In this document: positions 51,230 to 61,193 of the stretch, one piece after another | How positions within the stretch are numbered: the stretch's first letter is position 1 | Layout: each line of letters starts with the position of its first letter | DNA from: an uncultured Candidatus Saccharibacteria bacterium | GTDB lineage: Bacteria; Patescibacteriota; Minisyncoccia; SW-4-49-11 | DNA length: 64,000 bases | Assembly (NCBI GenBank): GCA_964633865.1 | Contig: CAZWIJ010000006.1 | Span: 25,858-89,857, forward strand | Reading direction: 5' to 3' | Position numbers and translations under genes: made by a program | Notes under the pieces: generated by a model | Database searches by the model: none | What the model saw: the letters and a program-made list of their open reading frames with translations, nothing else | Told to the model about the DNA's origin: nothing

Positions 51230-52288
51230 ATGAAAACAATTAAAGATATAGAATTTCAAGATGGTCTAAAGATATTAGTTAGAATAGATGTTAATGAACC
51301 AATGGATGAAATTGGAGTTCCTAAAGATACATTTAGACTAACAAAAATGATTCCTACAATTAAATATTTAAGAAGTAGAGGAGCTAAGGTTATTCTTATT
51401 TCTCATTTAGGAGATCCTAAAGGTAAAGTTGTAGAAAATTTGAAATTAGATTATATTGCAACTGAAATAGATCATTTGACAGAATTTAAAGTAGAAAAGA
51501 TAGATTATACAGTAGGGAATGAAGTGAAAGATAAAATAGATAAGATGAAGTCAGGTGATGTAATTTTATTAGAAAATTTAAGATTTGATCCAAGAGAAGA
51601 ATTGAATGATGATGATTTTTCAAAAGAATTAGCACAACTAGCGGATATTTATGTAAATGAAGCTTTTTCAGCTTGTCATAGATCTCATGCTTCAATTGTG
51701 GGTATACCCAAATATTTACCAAGTTATGGAGGATTTCTATTAGAAAAAGAAATAAGTGTCCTTACTCAAACTATTTATAATCCATCTAAACCAGCTGTTG
51801 CTGTGATTGGAGGTGCTAAAATAGAAACTAAATTACCAGTTATACATAAATTAAAAGAAAAATTTGATAAGATTTTGGTTGGGGGTAGAATAGCAAATGA
51901 ATATATAGATTTGTATGGAAAATCAAATAGTGATCAAATAATTTTGCCAATAGACTTTGCTAATTCTAAGAGATATGATATCGGACCTCGTACGATTCAA
52001 ATTTTTAGTCATCATATCTCATCAGCTTCAACCGTTATGTGGAATGGACCTTTGGGTTGGTTTGAACAAAATCCATATCATTTAGGAACTGAATATATTG
52101 CTAATACAATTGCAAAATACCCTAAATCATTCTCAGTTATTGGTGGTGGAGAGACAGTTGAGTTTATAACTAAATTAGGTTTGAGAGATAAGATAGACTT
52201 TATTTCTACAGGTGGTGGAGCAATGCTTGACTTTATTTCTAATAATGGTAAGCTGGTTGGGATTGAAGCCCTAGAAAACAATAATTAA
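51230..52288 (+). CDS. pgk: Phosphoglycerate kinase
   Basis: RIDVNEP, SHLGDP, LLENLRF, HRSHAS, GGAK, WNGPLG.FE, GGGET, STGGGA. Confidence 0.96.
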   Translation: MKTIKDIEFQDGLKILVRIDVNEPMDEIGVPKDTFRLTKMIPTIKYLRSRGAKVILISHLGDPKGKVVENLKLDYIATEIDHLTEFKVEKIDYTVGNEVKDKIDKMKSGDVILLENLRFDPREELNDDDFSKELAQLADIYVNEAFSACHRSHASIVGIPKYLPSYGGFLLEKEISVLTQTIYNPSKPAVAVIGGAKIETKLPVIHKLKEKFDKILVGGRIANEYIDLYGKSNSDQIILPIDFANSKRYDIGPRTIQIFSHHISSASTVMWNGPLGWFEQNPYHLGTEYIANTIAKYPKSFSVIGGGETVEFITKLGLRDKIDFISTGGGAMLDFISNNGKLVGIEALENNN

Positions 52289-52415
52289 CCTAAAAATTTA
52301 ATTTAGGTATTGCAAAATTTAAAAATTTTATATATAATAGAATAGTTCTTTAAAAGTATTTAAATATGTAGAAATGTTATTTTAAGAGTAATCTTTACAT
52401 ATATTTTTACATATT

Positions 52416-52488
52416 GGGTGCATAGCTCAGTCGGTAGAGCAGAGGCCTTTTAAGCCTTGTGTCGGTGGTTCGAACCCACCTGTGCCCA
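52416..52488 (+). tRNA. tRNA-Lys (anticodon TTT), CCA not encoded
   Basis: Cloverleaf: gggtgca/tgtgccc acceptor stem, gctcagtcggtagagc D arm, gaggc-cTTTtaa-gcctt anticodon arm (loop cttttaa), ggttcgaacc T arm. Confidence 0.96.
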
Positions 52489-52571
52489 CATTTTTAGTAA
52501 TATAGAAAATCAAAAAAGCTTCTATATATAATTTATATAGAAGCATTGTACTTTTATTTGAGTAATAATTT

Positions 52572-52949
52572 TTATTTAATAGCATACTCCTCCGATGTCA
52601 TGCCATTAAATAGAGCTTTCTCTGTTATGTATTGTTGAAATACATCTTTGATAAGATCCTTTAAAATCTCTTTATCAGAAGTATTTTCTATAAGAGATGT
52701 ATAGTCAATAATACAAAATTCTTGTTCTAGAGAAAGACTTTCTTGAAAGATATTTCTTTCTGATTTGGTTTCTACTCCTAAATAGATTTTAGATAGAAAT
52801 TTAATCCTATTTTTTTGTAAAAAATATTTTTTACATGTCTCTATAAGAAATTCTCTTAAATCATTTAGTTTCATATCTTCTATGACAGAAGATAATTTAA
52901 CTATTTCAAATTCTTGTGAAAAAGTTAAAGTTTCCATAAGATTCTCCAT
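52572..52949 (-). CDS. Tandem NblA-like (phycobilisome degradation adaptor-like) protein
   Basis: Two ~55-aa units: LTFSQEFEI..M...REFLI...L.K..G and LSLEQEFCI...; own promoter TTGACA-17bp-TATCAT at 53001-52973. Confidence 0.7.
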   Translation of the reverse strand: MENLMETLTFSQEFEIVKLSSVIEDMKLNDLREFLIETCKKYFLQKNRIKFLSKIYLGVETKSERNIFQESLSLEQEFCIIDYTSLIENTSDKEILKDLIKDVFQQYITEKALFNGMTSEEYAIK

Positions 52950-53070
52950 ATTTATGAAAGGTACTTGTTTTTATGATACATTTTTTTTATTAATATGTCA
53001 AATTAATATTTTCATTTTACTTAAATGGCTTTTTAGATTATAATATATTTAATTAGTTAAATTTTATAGT

Positions 53071-53916
53071 ATGACTTTAACAAAAATAAAATCCATTCTT
53101 TCTGAATATCATTTGTCTCCTTTGGAATCTTTATCACAAAATTTTTTTATAGATAAAAGTTTACTTCAAAAGATGGTTAGACAGTTAAATATTCCAAAAA
53201 AATCCCTTGTAATAGAAATTGGTTGTGGGTTAGGTTCTCTTACAGAAATATTGGTAGAAAATAATTTTAATGTTGTAGGATTTGAAATAGATAGAACTTT
53301 AGCTAATATATTACCAGATATTTTAGGTAATCCTAATAATCTCACTCTATATCACCAAGATATATTGGAATCAGAAGAATATTTTCAAAATATAAAATCT
53401 GATTATTATGTGATTGCTAATATTCCATATAATATTACAGGTAAAATTATAAGATTTTTACTTTCTTTTGATAAAAAAGCAAAAAATATAGTATTACTTG
53501 TGCAAAAAGAAGTAGCTTTTAATCTTACTAATAATGATGATAAATATAGCTTTCAAAAATTAAGTATTTCTCTTTATGCAGATGTTTCTAAAATTTTAAA
53601 TGTACCAAAAGAATGTTTTTATCCAAAGCCAAAGGTTGATTCTGCGGTTATCCAAATAACACCCAATAATAAATATGATTTTATAGAGGATAAGGAAGCT
53701 CTTTTGTCTTTTATTAAACCTTTATTCCAAAGAAAAAGAAAACAGTTAAGATCAAGTATAAAATCTATTTACAAAATTGAAACATCTATAATAGAAAATA
53801 TGTTCAGAGATTTAAATGTAGATTCAGATATTAGGCCAGAGGATATGAGTATTGAAAATTGGTATGAGGTTTATAATAAAAGTAAAGAATTTATAATCTT
53901 AGCTTCAGAAATCTAA
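53071..53916 (+). CDS. rsmA: 16S rRNA adenine dimethyltransferase KsgA/RsmA
   Basis: SQNFFID, EIGCGLG, ANIPYNIT, QKEVA, F.PKPKVDSAV, RPE. Confidence 0.95.
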   Translation: MTLTKIKSILSEYHLSPLESLSQNFFIDKSLLQKMVRQLNIPKKSLVIEIGCGLGSLTEILVENNFNVVGFEIDRTLANILPDILGNPNNLTLYHQDILESEEYFQNIKSDYYVIANIPYNITGKIIRFLLSFDKKAKNIVLLVQKEVAFNLTNNDDKYSFQKLSISLYADVSKILNVPKECFYPKPKVDSAVIQITPNNKYDFIEDKEALLSFIKPLFQRKRKQLRSSIKSIYKIETSIIENMFRDLNVDSDIRPEDMSIENWYEVYNKSKEFIILASEI

Positions 53917-54026
53917 AAATAATATTCTCAAAAACAAAAAAAATATAATATAATAAAAAGATAAAGAAAAAGAAAAGGTATTTACATTTTCTAAGAAGAA
54001 ATATAATCAATAACAATTAAAAAAAC

Positions 54027-56009
54027 ATGGGTAATAGAATAAAAAGAATAATGAGAAGAAACAAGAAAGGATTTACATTATTAGAAATACTATTAGTAAT
54101 AGGAGCAATAGGAATACTAGCATCAATAGTAATAGTCGCCATAAATCCACTAAGACAAATACAAAAAGCAAGAGATGCAGAAAGAGCAAGTGAAATCAAT
54201 CAGGTATATAAAGCAATAGAACAATATAATATAGCAGAAGGAAGATATCCAGATGATATAACAATAGAAACAGAAGATATATATAAAGAGATATGTAATA
54301 CAGGAAAATTAACAAAAGAAGACACATTAGATGTCAATTTTTGTGCTGGGAAAATAGACTTAAGAGTATTAATACCAGAATACATATCAGAAGTACCAAG
54401 AGATTCAAGTATAGGAGCAATAGTAAGAGAAAATATACTGTACAAAATAGCAGAAGCAAATGAAGAAAGTAGAACAGGCTATGAAGTATCAGTAAGTTCA
54501 GATAATAACAAAGTAAGTCTAAAAGCAACAAATCCAAATATAAATGGAGAAGAAATAGCAATAAACTTAATAGAAAAACCATTAGCACCGAGTATTATAG
54601 GAGACTTAGGACTAGAAGTAGAGGGAGAGAATATTAAATTAACATGGAGTACACCAATAGAAAACAAAAGTCCAATCACAGGATACCAAATAATAAGTAC
54701 AATAAATAGTGTAACACAAACTCCTATAACAATAGGAATAGTAAATGAATATTTAATCCAAAAATCAGATATAACAGACTATATAGATGAGAACAATAAA
54801 ATAATAAACTATGATGTAGAAGTATCAGCAATAAATGGGATAGGAATAGCAGATCCAAGCAATCAAGTAAGTATCAGTATAGGAGTACCAGGAGAAGTAT
54901 CCACCCCAATAATAGTAGTAAATGAAAATAATATAGATTTAAATTGGGGAACAAAACCAAATATGAATTATGGGAACTTTGTAGGATATAAAATAAGATA
55001 TAGTGAAGATAATTTTGTAAGTTATACAGAAATAAATAAAAATACAATAACAAGTTTAGGAGATGAGAATACAATAAGTCATAATTTTAATCTAAGCAAT
55101 AATGGAGAGTATAAATTTGTAGTAATAGCAGAGAACCAATATGGTGAAAGTAATTGGCAAAACAATCAAGCAATAGCAAATATTTGTGATCCAAGTAGTT
55201 GTACAGATTTAGGAGGTGTACCATTAGGAATAACATCAGGTAATTTGAGTAGCTATAATAATAAATATCTAGTCAATATAGGTAATTTGAGTATAGCTAG
55301 TGGGGTAACATTCACAGCTAAAGAAACCATCCAAGCAGAAGATATAACAATAGGAGGAACATTGACAGTAGTACAAGGAAATAAACTCAATATCCAAGGA
55401 GAAAACTTAACAATAAACAATGGAGGGTCAATCAATGTAAATGGTAGAGGGTATCAGGGAGGATGGGATGGGAATGTCCAGAATAATGGATATGGACCAG
55501 GAGGAGGACAAGGACCAAGATATGGAGCCGGAGGAGGTCATGGAGGGGCTGGAGGAAACAGTCATAATGGGAGAGTTGGTGGGATAGTATATGGGAGTAT
55601 AGAGAACCCAATAGATATGGGAAGTGGAGGAGGTGGATATAGTGGAGGAGCCGGAGGGAATGGAGGAGGAATAATAAGATTAGTAATAGAGGGTAATGCA
55701 AGTATATTAGGAAATATAAGTGCTAGTGGATCAACTGGTGTAGGAGGTGATGCATCTGGAGGAGGAGGAGGAAGTATAAATATGGAGATAGGAGGAGTAT
55801 GGAGTGGAACAGGAAGTATAATAGCAAATGGAGGCAATGGAGCAGGAGGAGGGTGGTATACATATGGATCCGGAGGAGGAGGAGGAAGAGTAGCAATAAG
55901 GTATGGAAGTAATAGTCATAGTGGAAATATTTCAGCAAATGGAGGAGGAAGTGGTTCGTGGGGAGGACAAGTAGGTGGTGCTGGTACGATTTGGCAGATA
56001 CAGCAATAA
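54027..56009 (+). CDS. Type IV pilin-like head fused to two FN3-like domains and a Gly-rich C-terminal domain
   Basis: KG|FTLLEILLV; LTWSTP...SPITGY, VSAINGIG, AENQYG; GSGGG/GAGGGHGG repeats. Confidence 0.85.
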   Translation: MGNRIKRIMRRNKKGFTLLEILLVIGAIGILASIVIVAINPLRQIQKARDAERASEINQVYKAIEQYNIAEGRYPDDITIETEDIYKEICNTGKLTKEDTLDVNFCAGKIDLRVLIPEYISEVPRDSSIGAIVRENILYKIAEANEESRTGYEVSVSSDNNKVSLKATNPNINGEEIAINLIEKPLAPSIIGDLGLEVEGENIKLTWSTPIENKSPITGYQIISTINSVTQTPITIGIVNEYLIQKSDITDYIDENNKIINYDVEVSAINGIGIADPSNQVSISIGVPGEVSTPIIVVNENNIDLNWGTKPNMNYGNFVGYKIRYSEDNFVSYTEINKNTITSLGDENTISHNFNLSNNGEYKFVVIAENQYGESNWQNNQAIANICDPSSCTDLGGVPLGITSGNLSSYNNKYLVNIGNLSIASGVTFTAKETIQAEDITIGGTLTVVQGNKLNIQGENLTINNGGSINVNGRGYQGGWDGNVQNNGYGPGGGQGPRYGAGGGHGGAGGNSHNGRVGGIVYGSIENPIDMGSGGGGYSGGAGGNGGGIIRLVIEGNASILGNISASGSTGVGGDASGGGGGSINMEIGGVWSGTGSIIANGGNGAGGGWYTYGSGGGGGRVAIRYGSNSHSGNISANGGGSGSWGGQVGGAGTIWQIQQ

Positions 56010-56132
56010 TATAACTTAAAATTATAATAATTATATGAATAATAAGAATATAATCATAATAAGTAGAATAAAAATAAATTTACTATTTTATGTTTATTCT
56101 TATAGAAATATTAATATTTAATTAAATTTAAT

Positions 56133-56568
56133 ATGAGTAAATTTATACATATTCAATCCTCAAGATTTCCAATTATGGAGGGGGAAAAAGAAGAAATAGT
56201 AAATGAAGGTATGTATGGTAAATCGCTTGCAATTTTTTTTACAAGATGAGTTTATAAAAAGAGGTTATAAATCTAGTTTTTATTGTTGTGAAGATTGGGG
56301 ATGGTGGATTGATCTTAAGATTGAACAATTTAATTTTGGAGTGTGTATTAATTTTATTGAGGATGGTGATACAGATATATTAAAATATATTCCAGAACAT
56401 TATGTTTGTTCTTTAAGTCTAGATTCGGGAAGAGAATGGTCATGGAAAAAGTTTAGATTTGTTGATACGACTAATATTTTTGAGAAATATTTTAGTGATA
56501 TGGAAGATATTTTGAACTCTGATACAGGTATAAAAATTATAGAAATAACCAAAAATTTCCCAGAATAA
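56133..56568 (+). pseudogene. Hypothetical protein split by a frameshift in a T8 tract (56233-56240)
   Basis: MSKFIHIQSSRFPIMEGEKEEIVNEGMYGKSLAIF then stop; removing one T continues into LQDEF...CCEDWGWW. Confidence 0.65.
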
Positions 56569-56636
56569 TACACTTAATTTGCAAAAAATCAATATTTTAG
56601 GTAAGATAAATATTATTGTATTTATCTTTTTAAATA

Positions 56637-58661
56637 ATGAAATTTAAACTTAAGTCAGATTATAGTCCTAAAGGAGATCAACCAAAAGCGATTGAATCTC
56701 TTTCTTCTGGTATACAAAACAAACAAAAACACCAAACCTTACTAGGAGTAACTGGTTCCGGTAAAACTTTTACAATGGCATCAGTAATAGAAAAAGTACA
56801 AAAACCAACTTTAATTATTTCTCATAACAAGACTCTAGCAGCTCAACTATATCAGGAGTTTAGAGATTTCTTCCCAGATAATGCAGTTCACTATTTTGTT
56901 TCATATTATGACTATTATCAGCCAGAAAGTTATTTGCCATCATCTGATACTTATATAGAGAAAGAATCAATGATAAATTCTCAAGTAGAGAGGCTTAGGC
57001 ATGCATCTACTCAATCTTTATTATCCAGGGATGATGTTATTATTGTGTCTTCGGTATCATGTATTTATGGTATCGGTTCACCTGAAGATTATGGAAATAT
57101 GGCTATCCAAATTGAGCAAGGGCAAACTATTACTAGAGATGAGTTGCTTAGGCAGATTATTATTTTGCAATACTCTAGAAATGATATAGAATTCAAACCA
57201 GGAAGTTTTCGAGTAAAAGGTGATGTGATAGAAATTCACGAGACTGGAGAACAGAGAATTCTCAAAATTAGTTTTTGGGGAAATACGATTGAGACTATAT
57301 CTTATAATCAATATAAAGATAATCTTTTCAATCAATTACCAGCTCAATATGTAGATTTTTACAGAATTTTCCCAGCTACTCATTGGATCTCTACTCAAGA
57401 GAAAATAGAGGGTATGATGCCAAGCATAGAACAAGAATTAGAAAAAAGAGTAGCTTATTTCAAAAAAAATAATAAATTAATTGAAGCTCAAAGAATAGAA
57501 GAAAGAGTTAGATACGATTTGGAGATGTTAAAAGAGGTTGGGTTTACAAAAGGTATAGAAAATTATTCTAGATATCTAGCTGGAAGAAAAAGTGGAGAGC
57601 CACCATATACCCTGATAGATTATTTTATTGAGAAGAATACAGATTATCTTATGTTGATAGATGAGTCTCATATCACTTTACCTCAAATTCGGGGTATGTA
57701 TAATGGAGATGCAGCTCGTAAAAGAAATCTTATTGAGTTTGGTTTTAGGTTACCCTCAGCTGCAGATAATAGACCTCTTCGCTTTCATGAATTTGAAGAA
57801 AAAATTTCTAGTGCTGTATATGTATCAGCTACACCTAGTCAATATGAGTTGATGCAATCTTCTGAAGGTACAATTGATGCAATTGCTGATCTTAGAGATA
57901 ATAGTAAATCTCACCCTAATATAGTTGAGCAGATTATCCGCCCAACTGGTCTTTTGGAGCCTAAAGTTACTATCAGGCCAACTGATGATCAGATAGAAGA
58001 TATCCTAAAAGAAATTGAAGTAAGAATATCAAAAAATCAGAGAATTTTAGTTTTGACATTAACAAAGAAAATGGCAGAAAGTTTAGCAGATTTTATGCAA
58101 GATAGAAATATCAAATCAGCTTATATTCATTCAGAAATAGATACTCTAGAAAGACCTGAAATTTTACAAAAATTAAGGGAAGGAATTTATGATGTATTGA
58201 TTGGGATTAATCTTTTGAGAGAAGGTTTGGATCTTCCAGAGGTTGCTTTGGTTGCGATTCTAGATGCTGATAAAGAAGGTTTTCTTCGAAATGAAACTTC
58301 TTTGATTCAGACTATTGGTAGAGCTGCTCGTAATGTTAATGGAGAAGTAATTTTGTATGCAAATAAAATGACTAATTCCATCCAAAGTGCCATTAAAGAG
58401 ACTGATCGTAGAAGAAATATTCAACTAGAATTTAATAAAAATAATAATATCTCTCCAGAAGGAATAAAGAAAGATATCAGAACAGGGATTGTAGTAGATA
58501 AAAAACAAGAATTACAAAAGAAAAAATTAGAAGCAATTATGCCTGAAGAAAAAGAATTTGTTATTGAAGAATTAAGAAAACAAATGAACGAAGCGGTTAA
58601 GAATTTACATTTTGAGCAGGCAGCAGAGCTAAGAGATCAAATTAAAATTTTGGAAAAATAA
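56637..58661 (+). CDS. uvrB: Excinuclease ABC subunit B
   Basis: GVTGSGKT, VSYYDYYQPE, DESH, SATP, IRPTGL, GLDLPEV, GRAARN, FEQAA.LRD. Confidence 0.98.
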   Translation: MKFKLKSDYSPKGDQPKAIESLSSGIQNKQKHQTLLGVTGSGKTFTMASVIEKVQKPTLIISHNKTLAAQLYQEFRDFFPDNAVHYFVSYYDYYQPESYLPSSDTYIEKESMINSQVERLRHASTQSLLSRDDVIIVSSVSCIYGIGSPEDYGNMAIQIEQGQTITRDELLRQIIILQYSRNDIEFKPGSFRVKGDVIEIHETGEQRILKISFWGNTIETISYNQYKDNLFNQLPAQYVDFYRIFPATHWISTQEKIEGMMPSIEQELEKRVAYFKKNNKLIEAQRIEERVRYDLEMLKEVGFTKGIENYSRYLAGRKSGEPPYTLIDYFIEKNTDYLMLIDESHITLPQIRGMYNGDAARKRNLIEFGFRLPSAADNRPLRFHEFEEKISSAVYVSATPSQYELMQSSEGTIDAIADLRDNSKSHPNIVEQIIRPTGLLEPKVTIRPTDDQIEDILKEIEVRISKNQRILVLTLTKKMAESLADFMQDRNIKSAYIHSEIDTLERPEILQKLREGIYDVLIGINLLREGLDLPEVALVAILDADKEGFLRNETSLIQTIGRAARNVNGEVILYANKMTNSIQSAIKETDRRRNIQLEFNKNNNISPEGIKKDIRTGIVVDKKQELQKKKLEAIMPEEKEFVIEELRKQMNEAVKNLHFEQAAELRDQIKILEK

Positions 58662-58714
58662 AAATCTTTATATAAAATATTATATAAAGATGATTTAGTA
58701 TAAGAATTCAAATA

Positions 58715-59044
58715 TTAATACTGAAATAAATTTTTTTTGGAAGTATTTTTAGTATTTAATATACATCTTTGCTTGTGAATTTCAATCATACTTAAGATAA
58801 ATGTTCTGAAATTTATCATTATCATAATTGTATTACCGAACATTGAAATGTAGCTATTTATATTTAGGTTAAATCTAAACCAAATACAACTTGCTAGAAT
58901 TAATAGTATAGATCCTACAATTTTGTTATTAGGTAAGAAATACACACCTGATAACATAAAGGTTAACCCAATGAGGTCTAATCCTTTATAAACAATTAAA
59001 TCTTTATATAAGGATTGAAACACTATGTCAATCACATCAATCAT
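58715..59044 (-). CDS. Small 3-TM membrane protein (possibly a PnuC-like fragment)
   Basis: LDLIGLTFMLSGVYFL...GSILLILASCIW...; promoter TTGAAA-17bp-TATAAT upstream. Confidence 0.55.
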   Translation of the reverse strand: MIDVIDIVFQSLYKDLIVYKGLDLIGLTFMLSGVYFLPNNKIVGSILLILASCIWFRFNLNINSYISMFGNTIMIMINFRTFILSMIEIHKQRCILNTKNTSKKNLFQY

Positions 59045-59158
59045 ATAATAATCTCTCTTTTAGAATGTTGGGTATAGATAACATTATATCATTTTTTGTA
59101 TTTTTTTCAATTAATATGATAAAATGATAGTAACATATTAAGTTATAAATTAATTAAA

Positions 59159-59581
59159 ATGAATTTTTATATAGTAAAAACTGAAGCTAAATCTTATTCA
59201 ATTGATGATTTAGAGAGAGATAAAACCACAAAATGGGATGGAGTTCATAGTTATCAAGCTATAAATAATATTAAACAATGGAGTATAGGTGATTTGGTTT
59301 TAATTTATCATTCAACAGGTGAATCTCAAATAGTTGGTCTTGGTGAAGTGATCTCAATCCCTGAGAAAGATATGGATGATCCGAGAGGAATAAGCTATTA
59401 TAGTTATATTAAATTTATAAGAAAATTTAATGAAGATAATAGAATCACTTTAAAACAAATTAAAGAGACGAATTTGTTTAATGATTTTACTTTAGTAAGA
59501 CAAAGTAGATTATCTGTTATTTTATGTAGTGAATTATTTATTAATTGGTTAATTTCAAAAGGTGTTAATTTAGATAAATAA
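59159..59581 (+). CDS. EVE domain protein
   Basis: YIVKTE..YSIDDL, WDGV..YQA, GDLVLIYHS, RQSRLSV. Confidence 0.92.
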   Translation: MNFYIVKTEAKSYSIDDLERDKTTKWDGVHSYQAINNIKQWSIGDLVLIYHSTGESQIVGLGEVISIPEKDMDDPRGISYYSYIKFIRKFNEDNRITLKQIKETNLFNDFTLVRQSRLSVILCSELFINWLISKGVNLDK

Positions 59582-59642
59582 TATTTGTAAAAATATTATT
59601 GTATGTGTTATAATAGTTATATATAATTAATTAATAAAACTT

Positions 59643-60287
59643 ATGGATCAAGATAGTTGGTTTGGAAATGTTATACTAGGTATAATAGTGGTATCAGTTA
59701 TAGGAGCTATTGTTTGGGGATTACAGACTTCTGATAGTCAAGATAAAAATGTAAATATAGAAGTAACTTCAGAAGACAGTTTTAAAGGTATAGAAGATGC
59801 AAAAGTAACTATAGTAAATTATAGTGATTTACAATGCCCAGCTTGTAAAAGTTATGAACCTATAATTAGTGAAGTTATAGACGAATATAAGGATAAAATA
59901 ACATTTGTATATAGACATTTTCCTTTAAAAAGTATTCATCCTAATGCAGAATCAGCTGCCATTGCAACAGAATCAGCAAAAATTCAGGATAAGTTTTGGG
60001 AAATGAAAGAAATTTTATTTGATAAACAATCTGAGTGGTCCGAGGAATCTGATCCTAAAGAATTGTTTATTAAATATGCAGAAGAGATAGGGTTAGATAA
60101 AGAAAAATTCGAACAAGATTTAGAAAATGAATCTGTTATTAGTAAAGTAGATTCTGATTATAATTCAGGAATTGCTATAGGTATTAATTCAACTCCTACT
60201 TTTATAGTAAATGGTAGAATTATAGATAATCCTCAATCAGTTGATGCATTTAAATCTTTAATTGATGACGAGCTAGCAAAAGAGTAG
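59643..60287 (+). CDS. DsbA/thioredoxin-fold oxidoreductase, membrane anchored
   Basis: YSDLQCPAC, YRHFPL..IH.NA, STPTF.VNG. Confidence 0.93.
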   Translation: MDQDSWFGNVILGIIVVSVIGAIVWGLQTSDSQDKNVNIEVTSEDSFKGIEDAKVTIVNYSDLQCPACKSYEPIISEVIDEYKDKITFVYRHFPLKSIHPNAESAAIATESAKIQDKFWEMKEILFDKQSEWSEESDPKELFIKYAEEIGLDKEKFEQDLENESVISKVDSDYNSGIAIGINSTPTFIVNGRIIDNPQSVDAFKSLIDDELAKE

Positions 60288-60352
60288 TTCTACTTGTACA
60301 AAAATTATTTTTGGAGTATACTTTAGATGTACATTTAAGTATACTCTTTTTT

Positions 60353-60580
60353 ATGATTTATAAAAAATTAGGAATTTTTATTTCAGTTATTATGAGTTCT
60401 TTGTTTTTAATTTTAATTGTTATAGGTTTTTATCTTTATTCTTATTTGTTAAATATAAAGTTTATTCAAGATAGACTGATAGCATTTGTAATAGTAATTA
60501 TTTTACAGATAGTTATGCTATTATTTATTCCAGCAAGTATTGTTTCTACATATAAAGAATATCAAATGTTGAAGAAATAA
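60353..60580 (+). CDS. Small 2-TM hypothetical protein
   Basis: Two hydrophobic segments; ATG at 60353. Confidence 0.55.
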   Translation: MIYKKLGIFISVIMSSLFLILIVIGFYLYSYLLNIKFIQDRLIAFVIVIILQIVMLLFIPASIVSTYKEYQMLKK

Positions 60581-60645
60581 CATAATAAAAGCTACAATTA
60601 TTTATTGTAGCTTTTTAAAATTTAACGAGATATTATATTATAATA

Positions 60646-61062
60646 CTAATTCTGAATTGTCCCTATTTTATAATCAACTAACAAATCCCAAGCTCTATTT
60701 GAGTGAATCTGGGCAAATAAACCAGAAACTTCTTGTCCGCATTGCTCAGATATTCTTTGCACTCCACCAGGATGAGAATCTATGAAGTTTGAAACATCAT
60801 AGACATTATTTCTAATCACAAGATAACAATCATCTCTAGTGTTATGGGTTGCTACTTCTTCTAATGTAAATTGAGTAAGTTCATCTGAATTGGATTGGGT
60901 TTTATTATTGTCATTAGGTTGTAAGGTAGAAGGTTCATTATTTATAGAATTTGTTTGAATATTATTGTCTATACTTTTATCCTCTGGTAGATTTATAAAT
61001 ACAATTATGGAAACTCCTATCACTAATATTAAAGAGATTATAATTAAAGGTAATTTTTTCAT
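60646..61062 (-). CDS. Membrane-anchored cytochrome b5-like heme-binding protein
   Basis: FTLEEVATHN..DCY, VYDVSNF..HPGG, CG...F..IHS. Confidence 0.92.
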   Translation of the reverse strand: MKKLPLIIISLILVIGVSIIVFINLPEDKSIDNNIQTNSINNEPSTLQPNDNNKTQSNSDELTQFTLEEVATHNTRDDCYLVIRNNVYDVSNFIDSHPGGVQRISEQCGQEVSGLFAQIHSNRAWDLLVDYKIGTIQN

Positions 61063-61193
61063 GTAAATTAATCATTTTAATTTTATAATATAAATTATAT
61101 CATAATTTGTAAATATATGTAAATATGATATGATATTTATGTGTAGTTTATTTTAAATTATACATGTCAAATATTAATAGAACTTTTACATAT

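Noticed and set aside
52416-53070. Integrated element at tRNA-Lys
   Set aside because: No integrase and no duplicated tRNA 3' end (att) seen; only one accessory gene is present
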